64,000 nt of DNA from Candidatus Poribacteria bacterium. Its GTDB lineage: Bacteria; Poribacteria; WGA-4E; PCPOR2b. Below the pieces are notes generated by a model. That model was not told where the DNA came from. It did no database searches and saw only the letters and a program-made list of their open reading frames with translations. The position numbers and the translations under genes are program-made. This document shows positions 9,793 to 19,992 of this stretch, one piece after another. The stretch covers positions 480,001 to 544,000 of the forward strand of contig OZ244587.1 in the NCBI GenBank assembly GCA_965218095.1, written 5' to 3'. Every line of letters begins with the position of its first letter. Position 1 is the first letter of the stretch.

Positions 9793-10560
9793 TCAAACGG
9801 TTACATTGCACGTATCAAAAGCCGCTTTCATCGCCGTGAGTGGACGGACTTTCGGAACAAATTCATGTCCAACATAAAGATCATAGTCCGTCTCGGCGAT
9901 GGCACGCATGACAGGCGGATAGTAGATTTCCTGCTCATCGTCGAGGTCTTTGCGTCCCGGATTACCTGCTGTGTGGAAATGACCAATGTAATTGATGTTT
10001 TCCTCGATCGTGCGGATAAGATCGCCTTCCATAATTTGCATGTGATAAATGTCGTAAAGTAGCTTGACACACGGCGAATTTACGCCTTTGCAAACCTCCA
10101 CGCCCCAAGGGGTACGATCGCACTGATAGTCAGGGTGGTTCACTTTGCTGTTGAGCAATTCAATGCAAAGGTTGACGCCTCTCTCCTCGGCGGTCTTAGC
10201 AACGCGCTGGAGTCCCTCAATGGTATTATCGCGCCCCTCCTCATCCGATTTGCCTTCTCGGTTCCCTGAAAAACAGATTAGACCGGGGATGTCGTTAGCG
10301 GCGGCGATTTCGAGATTTTCCAGCAACTCCTGCTCAATCCGGTCGTGATTCTCGCGCTTATTGAGTCCATCGGGCAGAGACTCGTGCCCAACGATGATCG
10401 CAACGCACATCCCCTGCTCACGCACCAAGGGCCAGTATTCTTGGGGGAGCATTTCGACAGATTTATAGCCGATTTTCGTCGCCTCACGGATGACCTGTTC
10501 AGGAGAGGCATCACCGCGAGTAAAGCAACCGAAGCAAATTGATTGATTGATTGAACTCAT
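9793..10560 (-). CDS. Hydroxypyruvate isomerase-family TIM-barrel protein
   Basis: IELLNSKVNHPDY, LLYDIYHMQIMEGD, HFHTAGNPGR and GHEF motifs. Confidence 0.9.
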   Translation of the reverse strand: MSSINQSICFGCFTRGDASPEQVIREATKIGYKSVEMLPQEYWPLVREQGMCVAIIVGHESLPDGLNKRENHDRIEQELLENLEIAAANDIPGLICFSGNREGKSDEEGRDNTIEGLQRVAKTAEERGVNLCIELLNSKVNHPDYQCDRTPWGVEVCKGVNSPCVKLLYDIYHMQIMEGDLIRTIEENINYIGHFHTAGNPGRKDLDDEQEIYYPPVMRAIAETDYDLYVGHEFVPKVRPLTAMKAAFDTCNVTV

Positions 10561-10700
10561 CCTTTCTCCTTCTTCTTGTGTGATGGGTGTTTTTTCTTGA
10601 GATTAATCTGGATATTATGAGGCAGAAAGTGTGTATCTTCTCCACACCCTGTACCCAGAGCTCCAGGCGTGGGAAAACGGGTGAAAGAAGGAGACTGAGC

Positions 10701-11007
10701 ATGCGATTGTCTGTTCCTCACTACCGCCAAGAACAGAAAGCTACTTGCCTTCCTTCCGGTTTTCGCATGGTGCTGTCTTATCTGGGGATTGAGTTCGACG
10801 AACTCTCGCTGAGTCGGCTTCTCAAGACCCACGCTGGTGGAACTCCTGTTGATAGTTTTGCCGCTGTAGAGATACCGGGCATAAGCATCGTTGCTGAACA
10901 TATGAACGTAGATCTTGTTCGGAAGAACCTCCGACAGCAGCAGCCAGTCATAGTTTATATCTACACTGAACCCCTGCCCTACTAGGATACGCCCAGCGCC
11001 CATTTTT
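10701..11007 (+). pseudogene. Truncated C39-like cysteine peptidase
   Basis: MRLSVPHYRQEQKATCLP...PVIVYIYTEPLPY*DTPSAH. A TAG sits where W is expected, then the frame runs into the rsmI 3' end. Confidence 0.65.
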
Positions 11008-11715
11008 TCAATCAGGCTCTTTCCCCGCAATCACGATGGTGAACTCTCCGCGCGGCGGCGTTGATTGAAATTTTTCGATAGGTTCACTCACAACGCCGCG
11101 AAAAATCTCCTCAAATTTCTTCGTCAACTCGCGTGCGACGACAACCCGCCGATTGCCGAAAATCTCCAGAACATCCCGCAAGAATGCAATCAGCCGATGG
11201 GGAGATTCGTAGAAAATCAAGGTCCGTGTTTCGTCGGACAAATCTGCAAGCCGGCGTTTCCGCCGCCCCGACTTTGGCGAGAGGTAGCCTTCAAATACGA
11301 AATTGTGCAACGGCAATCCCGCGACCGACGCCGCTGTGATGCAAGCCGAAACACCGGGTATTGGAACGATCGGGATGTCCCCTTCGATGCACCGCACCAC
11401 GAGGCGATATCCTGGATCTGAAATTGTCGGCGTACCCGCATCAGAAACAAGTGCGATGGCCTCCCCCGCCTTTAGCTGCGCAATCAGCTTTTCGCCCTTC
11501 TTGATCTCGTTGCCTTCAAAGTAACTAGTGATCGGCGTATGAATCTCGTAGTGTGCAAGTAGCTGACGTGTATGACGGGTGTCCTCCGCGGCAATGAGAT
11601 CGACTTCCTTGAGTGTCCGTAGCGCCCGCAACGTGATGTCTTCCAAGTTGCCAATTGGCGTGCTCACAATGTAAAGCTCGCCACTTTTTGTGTCGGTATC
11701 GGCAGGTTTTGACAT
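11008..11715 (-). CDS. rsmI: 16S rRNA (cytidine1402-2'-O)-methyltransferase
   Basis: TPIGNLEDITLRA, AAEDTR, VSDAGTP.ISDPG, YESPHR and RELTKKFEE motifs. Confidence 0.96.
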   Translation of the reverse strand: MSKPADTDTKSGELYIVSTPIGNLEDITLRALRTLKEVDLIAAEDTRHTRQLLAHYEIHTPITSYFEGNEIKKGEKLIAQLKAGEAIALVSDAGTPTISDPGYRLVVRCIEGDIPIVPIPGVSACITAASVAGLPLHNFVFEGYLSPKSGRRKRRLADLSDETRTLIFYESPHRLIAFLRDVLEIFGNRRVVVARELTKKFEEIFRGVVSEPIEKFQSTPPRGEFTIVIAGKEPD

Positions 11716-11951
11716 TTTCAGTCCTTATAAATAACGTCTATTCGTTCCGTTCGTAGTTTCTTCGGATAGCCATTCCTTCTCATCTTCCTTCAGACTTTCT
11801 AGGTGTTTATTTTGGGAATCTCATCTCAAATGATAACAAGTTTCTCAGAAAAGATCTACTTAAAAAATGGGTGTACTTTGCTTTCTCTTACTTGACACGT
11901 TTGTGGCAATGTGTTATCTTTCCCTTGACAGATAGAAAGGCGGGAAATACG

Positions 11952-12854
11952 TTGGCGGAATTAATAAAACTGAAAACGCCGGGTGAGCAGGGAGGTACAG
12001 ATTGGCGCAAAGCCAGGATCGCACTCGCACAGCGCGATGATCCGGCAGCATTGCAGCAACTGCTCGATCAATACTGGACGTGGCAGTCCGACGAATCATT
12101 GACGGAAGCCGCTCGGCTGCTGTTAGCGACAAATCTGGGCTGGGAGGGGGTGCAAGCCTTCACAACCCCGCCGGTCGGAGAGGTGATTTCGCCTCTTGGA
12201 TACGCGCTTGATCACGCAGATGAAACTGTCCGCGATGCGGCTCGCCAAGTATTGGATACTATGGTTGACATCCCAGCCGGAGAGGTGCTAATCGGCGAGG
12301 AGTTGACCCCGCTGTGGGTGGAAGGATTCCAGATGGCCCGCTATCCGGTTACGAATGCGCAGTACCAGCAGTTTATTCAGGAAACGGAGCATCGGCCGCC
12401 TCAGTTTTGGGAAGAAGGGACATTTCCAGAAAAGAAAGGCGATCACCCTGTCGTGGAGGTGAGTTGTGAAGACGCAGAAGCTTATGCGGAATGGGCAGGT
12501 TGTCGCCTACCTTCTTTCGAGGAGTGGGCGCGAGCAGCCCGTGGCGATGATGGACGTCTATTTCCGTGGGGAGACGAGATCGATAAGCCACGCTGTAACA
12601 CCGTGGAGCTTGGCACCGGCGGCACAACTCCTGTGGGCGCCCTCCCCGATGGGGTCAGCCCCTTCGGTTGTTACGATATGGTCGGCAATGTGTGGGAGTG
12701 GACAAGCACATGGTACGACGAAGCAGAGGAGCACTTTCGCATAGTGCGCGGTGGGGCATGGTACTATAACCACGATTACAGCACCTGCATCAGTTACGAT
12801 TTTTTCAGCAAGGAATACACGGAATTCATCATCGGATTTCGTCTCGTTCGCTAG
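11952..12854 (+). CDS. Formylglycine-generating enzyme (SUMF1/EgtB/PvdO) family protein with HEAT-like N-terminus
   Basis: YPVTNAQY, HPVVEVS, RLPSFEEW, DMVGNVWEW, RGGAW and IGFRL motifs. Likely TTG start after aaaggcggg. Confidence 0.85.
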   Translation: MAELIKLKTPGEQGGTDWRKARIALAQRDDPAALQQLLDQYWTWQSDESLTEAARLLLATNLGWEGVQAFTTPPVGEVISPLGYALDHADETVRDAARQVLDTMVDIPAGEVLIGEELTPLWVEGFQMARYPVTNAQYQQFIQETEHRPPQFWEEGTFPEKKGDHPVVEVSCEDAEAYAEWAGCRLPSFEEWARAARGDDGRLFPWGDEIDKPRCNTVELGTGGTTPVGALPDGVSPFGCYDMVGNVWEWTSTWYDEAEEHFRIVRGGAWYYNHDYSTCISYDFFSKEYTEFIIGFRLVR

Positions 12855-13190
12855 TTCTCGTCCATTGGTCATAAGCCTTCCTCTTCCTATATTGGCGCGA
12901 CATATTTTCAACAAGTCTAGGCGTTCACGAAAACACTCGAAAGCGGTATGATTTAGGGGTAACGGGCAGACCAATGACAGGCAGAATAAATGGACGAAGT
13001 GCCATAACATACATCAATTCTGAGTTTCTTGATCATCGGAAGGATCCACCCGGATTCGGAATGGAATTTTAGCAACATCTTTCCATTTGTTTCCAAATTT
13101 ATTTGGCATTTTAAATGCCAAATAAAAGGGGGTTTTGCACTAAAAAACGCCTTTATTTCGCCGGTAAATGGCACTATTCGATATAATTCC

Positions 13191-13300
13191 CTAAAAGTTA
13201 GTCATGTAATTCAGGACACGAAGCGCCATAAAATCGTCAACCGTTGACTGAAACTCGATGAGGATGTAGATATAAACCTCAATTCCATTGGCAGGATCTA
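13191..13300 (-). pseudogene. Rpn-family (PD-(D/E)xK putative transposase) fragment
   Basis: IEVYIYILIEFQSTVDDFMALRVLNY motif, followed by a stop. Confidence 0.7.
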
Positions 13301-13328
13301 TAATCTTTGATATACTGAAATGGTTTGC

Positions 13329-13362
13329 AGACCTGAACGGGTTTTCAAAACCTGCCAGGTCT
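13329..13362. repeat. REP-like palindrome
   Basis: agacctgaacgggttttcaaaacctgccaggtct, an imperfect palindrome. Confidence 0.65.
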
Positions 13363-13432
13363 ATCCTATACGGACTTACGAAATGAACTACTAAGTTGTG
13401 GACTCTGTAATTACTTTGCAAGGAGTGACATC

Positions 13433-14287
13433 ATGGCAGATTTCCCAATTGTGGATACCCACATTCATCTATGGCATCCAGACATTTTGAGATATCCGTG
13501 GCTTGAAGATATCCCCTTTCTGAGCAAACCCTATGTTTTAGATGACTATCGAAAGGCTTGTGGGGCAGTTGATGTCGAAGCGATGGTTTTTGTGCAATGC
13601 GACGCCCAGCCTAAAAACGGCTTGACAGAGGCGGAGTGGGTAACATCTCTGGCGGAAGAAGATCCCAGGATCAAAGGGATTGTGGCATGGGCCCCCCTTG
13701 AGGAAGGAGAGGGCGCGCGATCTCACCTTGAAAAACTGGCTGAAAATCAGTTGGTCAAAGGGATTCGTCGCCTCATTCAATCGGAAAGTCTAGAATTCTG
13801 CGTGCAGCCCAGCTTCATTAGAGGGGTACAGATGCTTGAGGAATTCGGCTTGAACTTCGACATCTGTATTTACCACCCGCACCTTGCCAACACGATTCAG
13901 TTTGTCAAACAGTGTCCGGATGTCCAATTTATACTGGATCATATTGGAAAGCCCAACATCAAGAACCAGGCCTTTGAGCCATGGAAACGCGAGATCAAAA
14001 CCCTGTCAGAATTCCCCAATGTGTTTTGTAAAGTTTCCGGTCTTGTCACTGAAGCCGATTTTGAAAAATGGACGCCGGAAGATCTGAAACCTTACATAGA
14101 CCACGTGATCGGATGTTTTGGTTTTGATCGCGTGATCTATGGCAGCGATTGGCCCGTCGCAGCACAGGCAACCGAATATCCAAGATGGGTCGATACTCTA
14201 AAGTGGGCGGTAAGTGGCTGTTCTGACGACGAGTTGAAAAAATTGTTTCATGACAACGCGATTCACTTTTACAAGCTATCAGTTTGA
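13433..14287 (+). CDS. Amidohydrolase family (L-fuconolactonase-like)
   Basis: DTHIHLW, ILDHIGKP, CKVSGL and YGSDWP motifs. Confidence 0.9.
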   Translation: MADFPIVDTHIHLWHPDILRYPWLEDIPFLSKPYVLDDYRKACGAVDVEAMVFVQCDAQPKNGLTEAEWVTSLAEEDPRIKGIVAWAPLEEGEGARSHLEKLAENQLVKGIRRLIQSESLEFCVQPSFIRGVQMLEEFGLNFDICIYHPHLANTIQFVKQCPDVQFILDHIGKPNIKNQAFEPWKREIKTLSEFPNVFCKVSGLVTEADFEKWTPEDLKPYIDHVIGCFGFDRVIYGSDWPVAAQATEYPRWVDTLKWAVSGCSDDELKKLFHDNAIHFYKLSV

Positions 14288-14315
14288 AATATTACCGATT
14301 CAAGGAGCATAAACC

Positions 14316-15410
14316 ATGGGAACGCCCCATCAATTCCAAGCAAGTTATCTGCACGCGATAACGCGCCAACTGTTTATAGCCGCGGACACACCTCGTCACA
14401 TCGCCGACATCGTGGCGGAAATTCTGGTCAACGCAAACCTTGCCGGACATGACTCGCACGGCGTGATTCGCATTCCTACCTATCTGCAGCGCATCTCAGA
14501 TGGTGAAACTCAGCCTGCCGCTGAACCAGAGTTTATCAACGAAACCACAAACACGGTGCGTGTTGACGGCGGTCACGGTTTTGGGCACTACACCGCTCGA
14601 CGGGCGATGGAACGGGCAATTGAGAAGGCAAAGGAGGCAGACGTCTGCAGCGTGAGCCTCGTCCGTACCGGGCATATCGGCCGGCTCGGGGAGTACGCAG
14701 AGGCGGCAGCGCGTGCGAGGTGTATCGGTATCATCACCGTCGGCGGCGGTGGGAGGAATCTCGGAAGCACTGTGCCTTTCGGCGGTGCGAGCAGAGCACT
14801 TAGCACCAATCCTATCTCTGTTGGCGTTCCAACCGGCGATGACGCCCCGTTTATCATCGATTTCGCTACGAGTATGATTGCCAACGGCAAAATTCTGTTT
14901 GCTCAAAGCAGAGGGGCGGACCTGCCCGAGGGTTGCATCGTGGATAAGCACGGCAACCCGAGCGTCAAAACAGCGGACTTTTACGATGGCGGATCTCTGT
15001 TAGCGTTCGGCGGGCACAAGGGTTACGCACTTTCGCTGCTAACCTGTTTACTTGGCGGGCTGTCTGGAAACTTTGATGTTGAGGGCGGCACGATGCGGGG
15101 AATTTTTATGCAGGTGATGAACGTCAACGCATTCACGCCACTCAAGGCATATCAGCAGGGCGTGCGCGCGTTCTTAGACGGTATTAAGTCAATACCCCCC
15201 GCACCCGGCTTTGACGAAGTGCTGGTTCCCGGCGATTATGAACACCGTTCCCGCGTCCAGCGCCTAACTCACGGCATCGAAGTACCTAATACCACTTACC
15301 AACAGATTCGGGAATGGGCGGAGAAATTGAACGTTTCCTTGAGCGAAGAGATCGTCGAAGCCACCGATGTGGAACGATACCAACCGAGGGGTGAGAGTAC
15401 TGTTAATTGA
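14316..15410 (+). CDS. Ldh_2-family (AllD/YbiC-type) oxidoreductase
   Basis: GHDSHGV, HIGRLGEY, TNPI, DFATS, GGHKGYAL and VPGD motifs. Confidence 0.9.
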   Translation: MGTPHQFQASYLHAITRQLFIAADTPRHIADIVAEILVNANLAGHDSHGVIRIPTYLQRISDGETQPAAEPEFINETTNTVRVDGGHGFGHYTARRAMERAIEKAKEADVCSVSLVRTGHIGRLGEYAEAAARARCIGIITVGGGGRNLGSTVPFGGASRALSTNPISVGVPTGDDAPFIIDFATSMIANGKILFAQSRGADLPEGCIVDKHGNPSVKTADFYDGGSLLAFGGHKGYALSLLTCLLGGLSGNFDVEGGTMRGIFMQVMNVNAFTPLKAYQQGVRAFLDGIKSIPPAPGFDEVLVPGDYEHRSRVQRLTHGIEVPNTTYQQIREWAEKLNVSLSEEIVEATDVERYQPRGESTVN

Positions 15411-15562
15411 GGAGTGGTCATAATTCGTCAGGGACTTTGGTGACTGGTGGTTGGTGAGTGTCAAGCGGTTTCACCACCCACCTCATCTCCACAAAGCGTG
15501 AAAAACCCAGCCTTGATTTATGACTAGGCTCACCGAATGCAAAGAGAGGAATCATTTGCACG

Positions 15563-16156
15563 ATGCTTAACAACTCACAAATTGCAACATTTGAGGAAGA
15601 AGGTTATCTGGTCATCGAAAACCTTTTTACCGAAGATGACTTCCGTGCGGTGAAGGACGAGTTCAGTGCTGTAGTCGAACAGCAGGCAAGAAAACTCTAC
15701 CAAGCGGGGAGAATCAGCGCCCTGTACGGAGATGAGACGTTGGTTGTGGCGTGCTTGATACCACTCATTGATACCACGCTGGAGAACGGGTGCTTATGGG
15801 TTGCACCGCGTCGGCATAAAGAAGGGGTTCTGACCCATTTCTGGGGCGAGGGTGGGCTGAATATCCCTCTCGAAGATGTCTCAGAGGCAGAGCGGCTGCC
15901 GATGCCGATGAAGGCAGGCAGTATCGTGATGTTCAGCAGCATGCTGCCACACGGTTCGCTGGCCAATCGCACGGATACCATCCGTTGGAGTATGGATCTG
16001 CGCTATCAGGCGATAGGGAAACCGACAGGACGCTGGTACGTTCCCGGCTTCGTTGCCCGCAGTTGTTCACATCTAGAATTGGAGACGCCCAACTGCGAGG
16101 CGTGGGTTGCCGAAGTCGAGCGGGTCGCGCAACACGCGAACAAATATCCCGAATAA
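15563..16156 (+). pseudogene. Phytanoyl-CoA dioxygenase family protein with internal in-frame deletion
   Basis: The N-terminus (FEEEGYL) joins directly to IPLID..ENGCL...HGS..N...RWSMDLRY. The HxD iron-binding segment is absent. Confidence 0.7.
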
Positions 16157-16435
16157 CGCCGCTTCCGCTGGCCTCAGACGTCATAAGCACATCGTTATAC
16201 GAATTATTTTGACAATGTTAAATTACCGCGTAAACCCTGATTTCATCAGAGTTTGAAGTCAAACAACCGAACTTGAGAAGCCGCGTCATAACTGGATCTG
16301 CTGTCTAACTTAACATTCGCGAAAGCATTAAGAAGACCTACGATTGCTGAATTGGTAAAACAATCTGAGTCAAGAAGCGTCAAGTGGACGAGGAATTGAT
16401 TAACCGAGGTGCTTTCTCTTGCCGGGAGGTATTTG

Positions 16436-16831
16436 ATGAAAAAGGTGTTTACTTTTCGCATTGGCGATGCCACAATTGGACAATTCAAGGGGATGCTCGA
16501 AGAATCAGGTATCGCTTGTGTCGTCCGAAATGAACTGCTCGTGACGGCAATCGGAGAGATTCCGGTTTCGGAATGCTATCCCGAACTCTGGGTTGTAAAC
16601 GACAACGATTATGCGTCAGCCCAAGCTTCAATTGATGAATGGAAGAAGATGGAAAGCGATGCACACCACTCATGGCCGTGTCCAAACTACGGACAGCATA
16701 TTGAGAAGCAATTTACCGCATGTTGGAAATGTGGGACGGAGGCGTTGCGTTTGACGCCGGATAGTGACGCCGATGATCTGGAAGATCGAATCATTGAGGC
16801 GGTGCGTAATCTGCCAACCCGTTTGCATTGA
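16436..16831 (+). CDS. DUF2007 (putative signal-transducing) protein with C-terminal zinc ribbon
   Basis: LEESGIACVVRNE, GEIP..ECYPELWV and WPCPN...FTACWKCG. RBS ggaggt. Confidence 0.8.
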   Translation: MKKVFTFRIGDATIGQFKGMLEESGIACVVRNELLVTAIGEIPVSECYPELWVVNDNDYASAQASIDEWKKMESDAHHSWPCPNYGQHIEKQFTACWKCGTEALRLTPDSDADDLEDRIIEAVRNLPTRLH

Positions 16832-16967
16832 AAATTAACGTCCGGCGATTTTGCCGTTGATTCGCTCTGTATGGTTGTGGTAGGATACGAAAAAGAGTTA
16901 GGCGACTGTTCAGTGCTATATTGACAATGGCAGGAATAAGATCACCATCAAAGTATTAGGAAAAAAG

Positions 16968-17921
16968 ATGTCCACCAATATCCTACAACACTATGTCCAA
17001 AAGATGAAACACTTGCGGATAGACAGAGCACACAAAGATGCTCCTCACAAACCGCTCCTCCTGTTAGCAATCATCGAACTGATCGAGCAAGGACAGATTC
17101 GCGAAAATAGGATTTACTTCTCCCCAGCCTTGGCAGAGACTGTCATGAAATATTGGGTAGAGGTAACAGATCGGAGATTCAATATTGCCATGCCATTTTT
17201 TCACTTAAAAAGTGATAAATTTTGGCATCTCCATCCAAACCCTAGATATAAAAAAGTATTGGAGGGTGCTCGTCAAATAAGAAGCATTTCTGGTATCCAA
17301 GAAGTTATTGCGTATGCTAGTTTGGATGATGACTTTTTTGTTTTACTCACTGATGCCGATAATCGAGAGATAATCCGTCAAACCCTTATTCGCACCTATT
17401 TCTCAAATTTCCAGCAGGCGATTGAAAGTCTCATTGCAGAAAGACAACAGATTGGAGAGTACGGACAGTTACTAATCCACGAAGTGGAACACCCCTTTTC
17501 ATTTCAGAGACCGACAGCACCAACCTCAAAAGAAGAACCAATTCGTAGTGCAGGTTTCCGTAAAGCAATCATGCGATTATACAAGTACACCTGCGCTATC
17601 TGTCGGTTGTGTATTATTACAACGGATGGAGAAAGTGCGACTGAGGCTGCTCATATCATCCCATTTTGTATTTCGCAGAATGACGATGTACGGAATGGGA
17701 TTTCTCTTTGCAAATTGCACCATTGGGCTTTTGATACAGGGTTAATCTCCCTGAACACGACCTATCGGGTTATTGTTTCACGGCTTATAGTCGAGCAGGG
17801 CCCAATGGAGTGGAGACTAACCAAACTGCGTGGTAAATCCATACTGTTACCCGAACACGATCAACTTTACCCGGCCCAAGATGCGTTGGATTGGCATCGT
17901 GAGAAAATGCTCAGACGGTAA
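16968..17921 (+). CDS. SBD-HNH endonuclease (phosphorothioated-DNA-binding restriction enzyme family)
   Basis: N-terminal APHKPLLLLA and PFFHLKSDKFWHL (SBD-like). C-terminal CAIC...EAAHIIP...NGISLCKLHHWAFD (HNH). Confidence 0.85.
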   Translation: MSTNILQHYVQKMKHLRIDRAHKDAPHKPLLLLAIIELIEQGQIRENRIYFSPALAETVMKYWVEVTDRRFNIAMPFFHLKSDKFWHLHPNPRYKKVLEGARQIRSISGIQEVIAYASLDDDFFVLLTDADNREIIRQTLIRTYFSNFQQAIESLIAERQQIGEYGQLLIHEVEHPFSFQRPTAPTSKEEPIRSAGFRKAIMRLYKYTCAICRLCIITTDGESATEAAHIIPFCISQNDDVRNGISLCKLHHWAFDTGLISLNTTYRVIVSRLIVEQGPMEWRLTKLRGKSILLPEHDQLYPAQDALDWHREKMLRR

Positions 17922-17937
17922 CTTAACGTGGTGCCTA

Positions 17938-19992
17938 TTACTCCTCTGAATTTTTTATTTTCCAGAAGTAACGTTTTTCTACATTGGTGCCTCCTTCAAT
18001 CGGGTCATACACCAAATGATACGCATGTGAAACGTGTGGACTTAACATCTCAAAGTTCTGTTTATCGAGTTCCGTATCCGTTGACAATACAACCACCTGA
18101 TGACTGGCGTATGGAAAGTAATGCTCAATCAGGCGGTGTTGATGGTCACTGTCCAAGCGACCGAGTGGTGTATCAATAATCATTGGCAGTGGACGGCCGG
18201 ACGTTTTCGCCAACCCCCACAGCATCGAGATAGCGTAGATCTGCTTTTCGCCTGCCGACAGCTCTTCCTTGGGAATCAATCGGTCTTGCTGGTCATAAAG
18301 GGTGACAGCAAAGGTTTGCGGATCAATCTTGATTCGCTTCACCAGACCGTATTTGCGGCACAGTTGGTTGAAGCAATCCACAACGGCGTCCTTTAACGCT
18401 TCGACTTTCGCATGCGTTAATTGACAGGTATACGCATCCAACACCGATTGGACATCCGCCACCAACTGAGCGCGTCGCAGATCGGCTTGTCTGTCCCGCT
18501 GTGATTCGCTCAATTGGCTCAACCGCCGTTCAACCTCATCGCGACGATACATCAGCGACTGAATATTTGCCGCCTCATCTTGTTCCTGTTTCTGCAATGC
18601 ACCAAACTGTTGATGAAGATTCTTAAGCTCAAGCATTAGTGGTTGTAAAACCTCATCGGACGGTATCCGTCCCAAAGCGGTTTCAACCCGTTGTAACTGG
18701 CGGTTGCTTTCCTCTAACTTCCGATTCAGTTTATGAAATCCCTCTGGAATCTCGGAGAGGCACGAATCAATCCAACTCAGCAACTGTTGAGATTCGGGTG
18801 GCGAAAGAGAGTGAATCCGGTACACATCTTTGAGTGCTTCGGGTGGCTGAAGCTGTTTTGTGAGCAGGTTGGCAATCCTGCTGTGGATGGAATCACGAAG
18901 GGATGGCTTGGGTGGAAGCCCCAGCACCGATTCCCAAAATTCATTCCCTTCTAATTGTGCAAGCAGTTCTCGATTTCTCTCCTTCAGTGCTTTATGTGCT
19001 GAATCCCACGCCTCAATTTCTGCCTCCTTAATCAATCGGGTTCGCAATTGCTCACACAGTGAAGCCGCCAACGCAAACGGAAGTAGCCCGCCGCACGCAT
19101 CCTGAATCTGTTTCTCCAAATCAGATATGCTCTGATTCAATTTCGCCTGCTCTGTTTTCAGCTTTTCACGCTGGCGAGCGTAACCACCTCCCTCTTTTGC
19201 GATCTGTTCCTCTTGATGGGTAATCTGTGTTTCAATCTCGTCAATTTGCGCGTCAAGAACCGCTATCTTCTCAGTCGCACAACTTAATTGCGTTTCAAAG
19301 TCTCGTAGTTCTTTTTCAGCGGAATTGATAGCTTGGGAGAGTTGGTCGGGGTCAGTATCCTTCTTCGACCGATTCAGGTAAATCTTGAGGTCAGAATGTA
19401 GCCGTTCAACGAGGTCAACACCAAGCAAAGATTTAATCGAATCGGCAAGGAAGGTATGGCTAGAGGCATCATCCGCCAACCCTTGAATCTTTTCACCATC
19501 AAAGAAGAATAGCTGAGAGAGTCCAATGGGAATCAATTCATTGAGAAAGTCCTGCCAATGCTCGGCTTCAAAATCAGAGAGCGGTTCGTTGTTCTTGTGG
19601 ATAATCAGCGATTCCTTGACCAGTTCTCTGATGCTTTGACGAATCTCCCATCGTCGCTCTACATAATAGTGGTCTTTTTCCCCACTGTGGACATGTTCAA
19701 ATCCGAGCGCAATAGAGGCCTGTTTCGGCTGAAGTAAAGTCACTTGGCTATGATGAATGGTTGAGGCGAGGTATTCATGATACGCATTCCGACTGATACG
19801 GTTGCCCAATGAGCGGGAGCCGTACAGGCAGAGACGCACGGCTTCGAGTATGGTTGTCTTGCCCGTTCCATTTTTGCCACCAATTAGGATGACAGGACGA
19901 CGTTTGTTGTATTTGATTCGCGGCGTCAGAGAAAATGTCTGCTCGCCACAAAAGAGTCCAAAATCCTTGAGTGTGAGTTGGTGGAAGATCAT
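17938..19992 (-). CDS. dndD: DNA sulfur modification protein DndD
   Basis: Walker A GGKNGTGKTT, LFFFDGEKI, coiled coil, LSAGEKQI, IIDTPLGRLDS, YFPYASHQV and LSTDTE. Confidence 0.95.
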   Translation of the reverse strand: MIFHQLTLKDFGLFCGEQTFSLTPRIKYNKRRPVILIGGKNGTGKTTILEAVRLCLYGSRSLGNRISRNAYHEYLASTIHHSQVTLLQPKQASIALGFEHVHSGEKDHYYVERRWEIRQSIRELVKESLIIHKNNEPLSDFEAEHWQDFLNELIPIGLSQLFFFDGEKIQGLADDASSHTFLADSIKSLLGVDLVERLHSDLKIYLNRSKKDTDPDQLSQAINSAEKELRDFETQLSCATEKIAVLDAQIDEIETQITHQEEQIAKEGGGYARQREKLKTEQAKLNQSISDLEKQIQDACGGLLPFALAASLCEQLRTRLIKEAEIEAWDSAHKALKERNRELLAQLEGNEFWESVLGLPPKPSLRDSIHSRIANLLTKQLQPPEALKDVYRIHSLSPPESQQLLSWIDSCLSEIPEGFHKLNRKLEESNRQLQRVETALGRIPSDEVLQPLMLELKNLHQQFGALQKQEQDEAANIQSLMYRRDEVERRLSQLSESQRDRQADLRRAQLVADVQSVLDAYTCQLTHAKVEALKDAVVDCFNQLCRKYGLVKRIKIDPQTFAVTLYDQQDRLIPKEELSAGEKQIYAISMLWGLAKTSGRPLPMIIDTPLGRLDSDHQHRLIEHYFPYASHQVVVLSTDTELDKQNFEMLSPHVSHAYHLVYDPIEGGTNVEKRYFWKIKNSEE

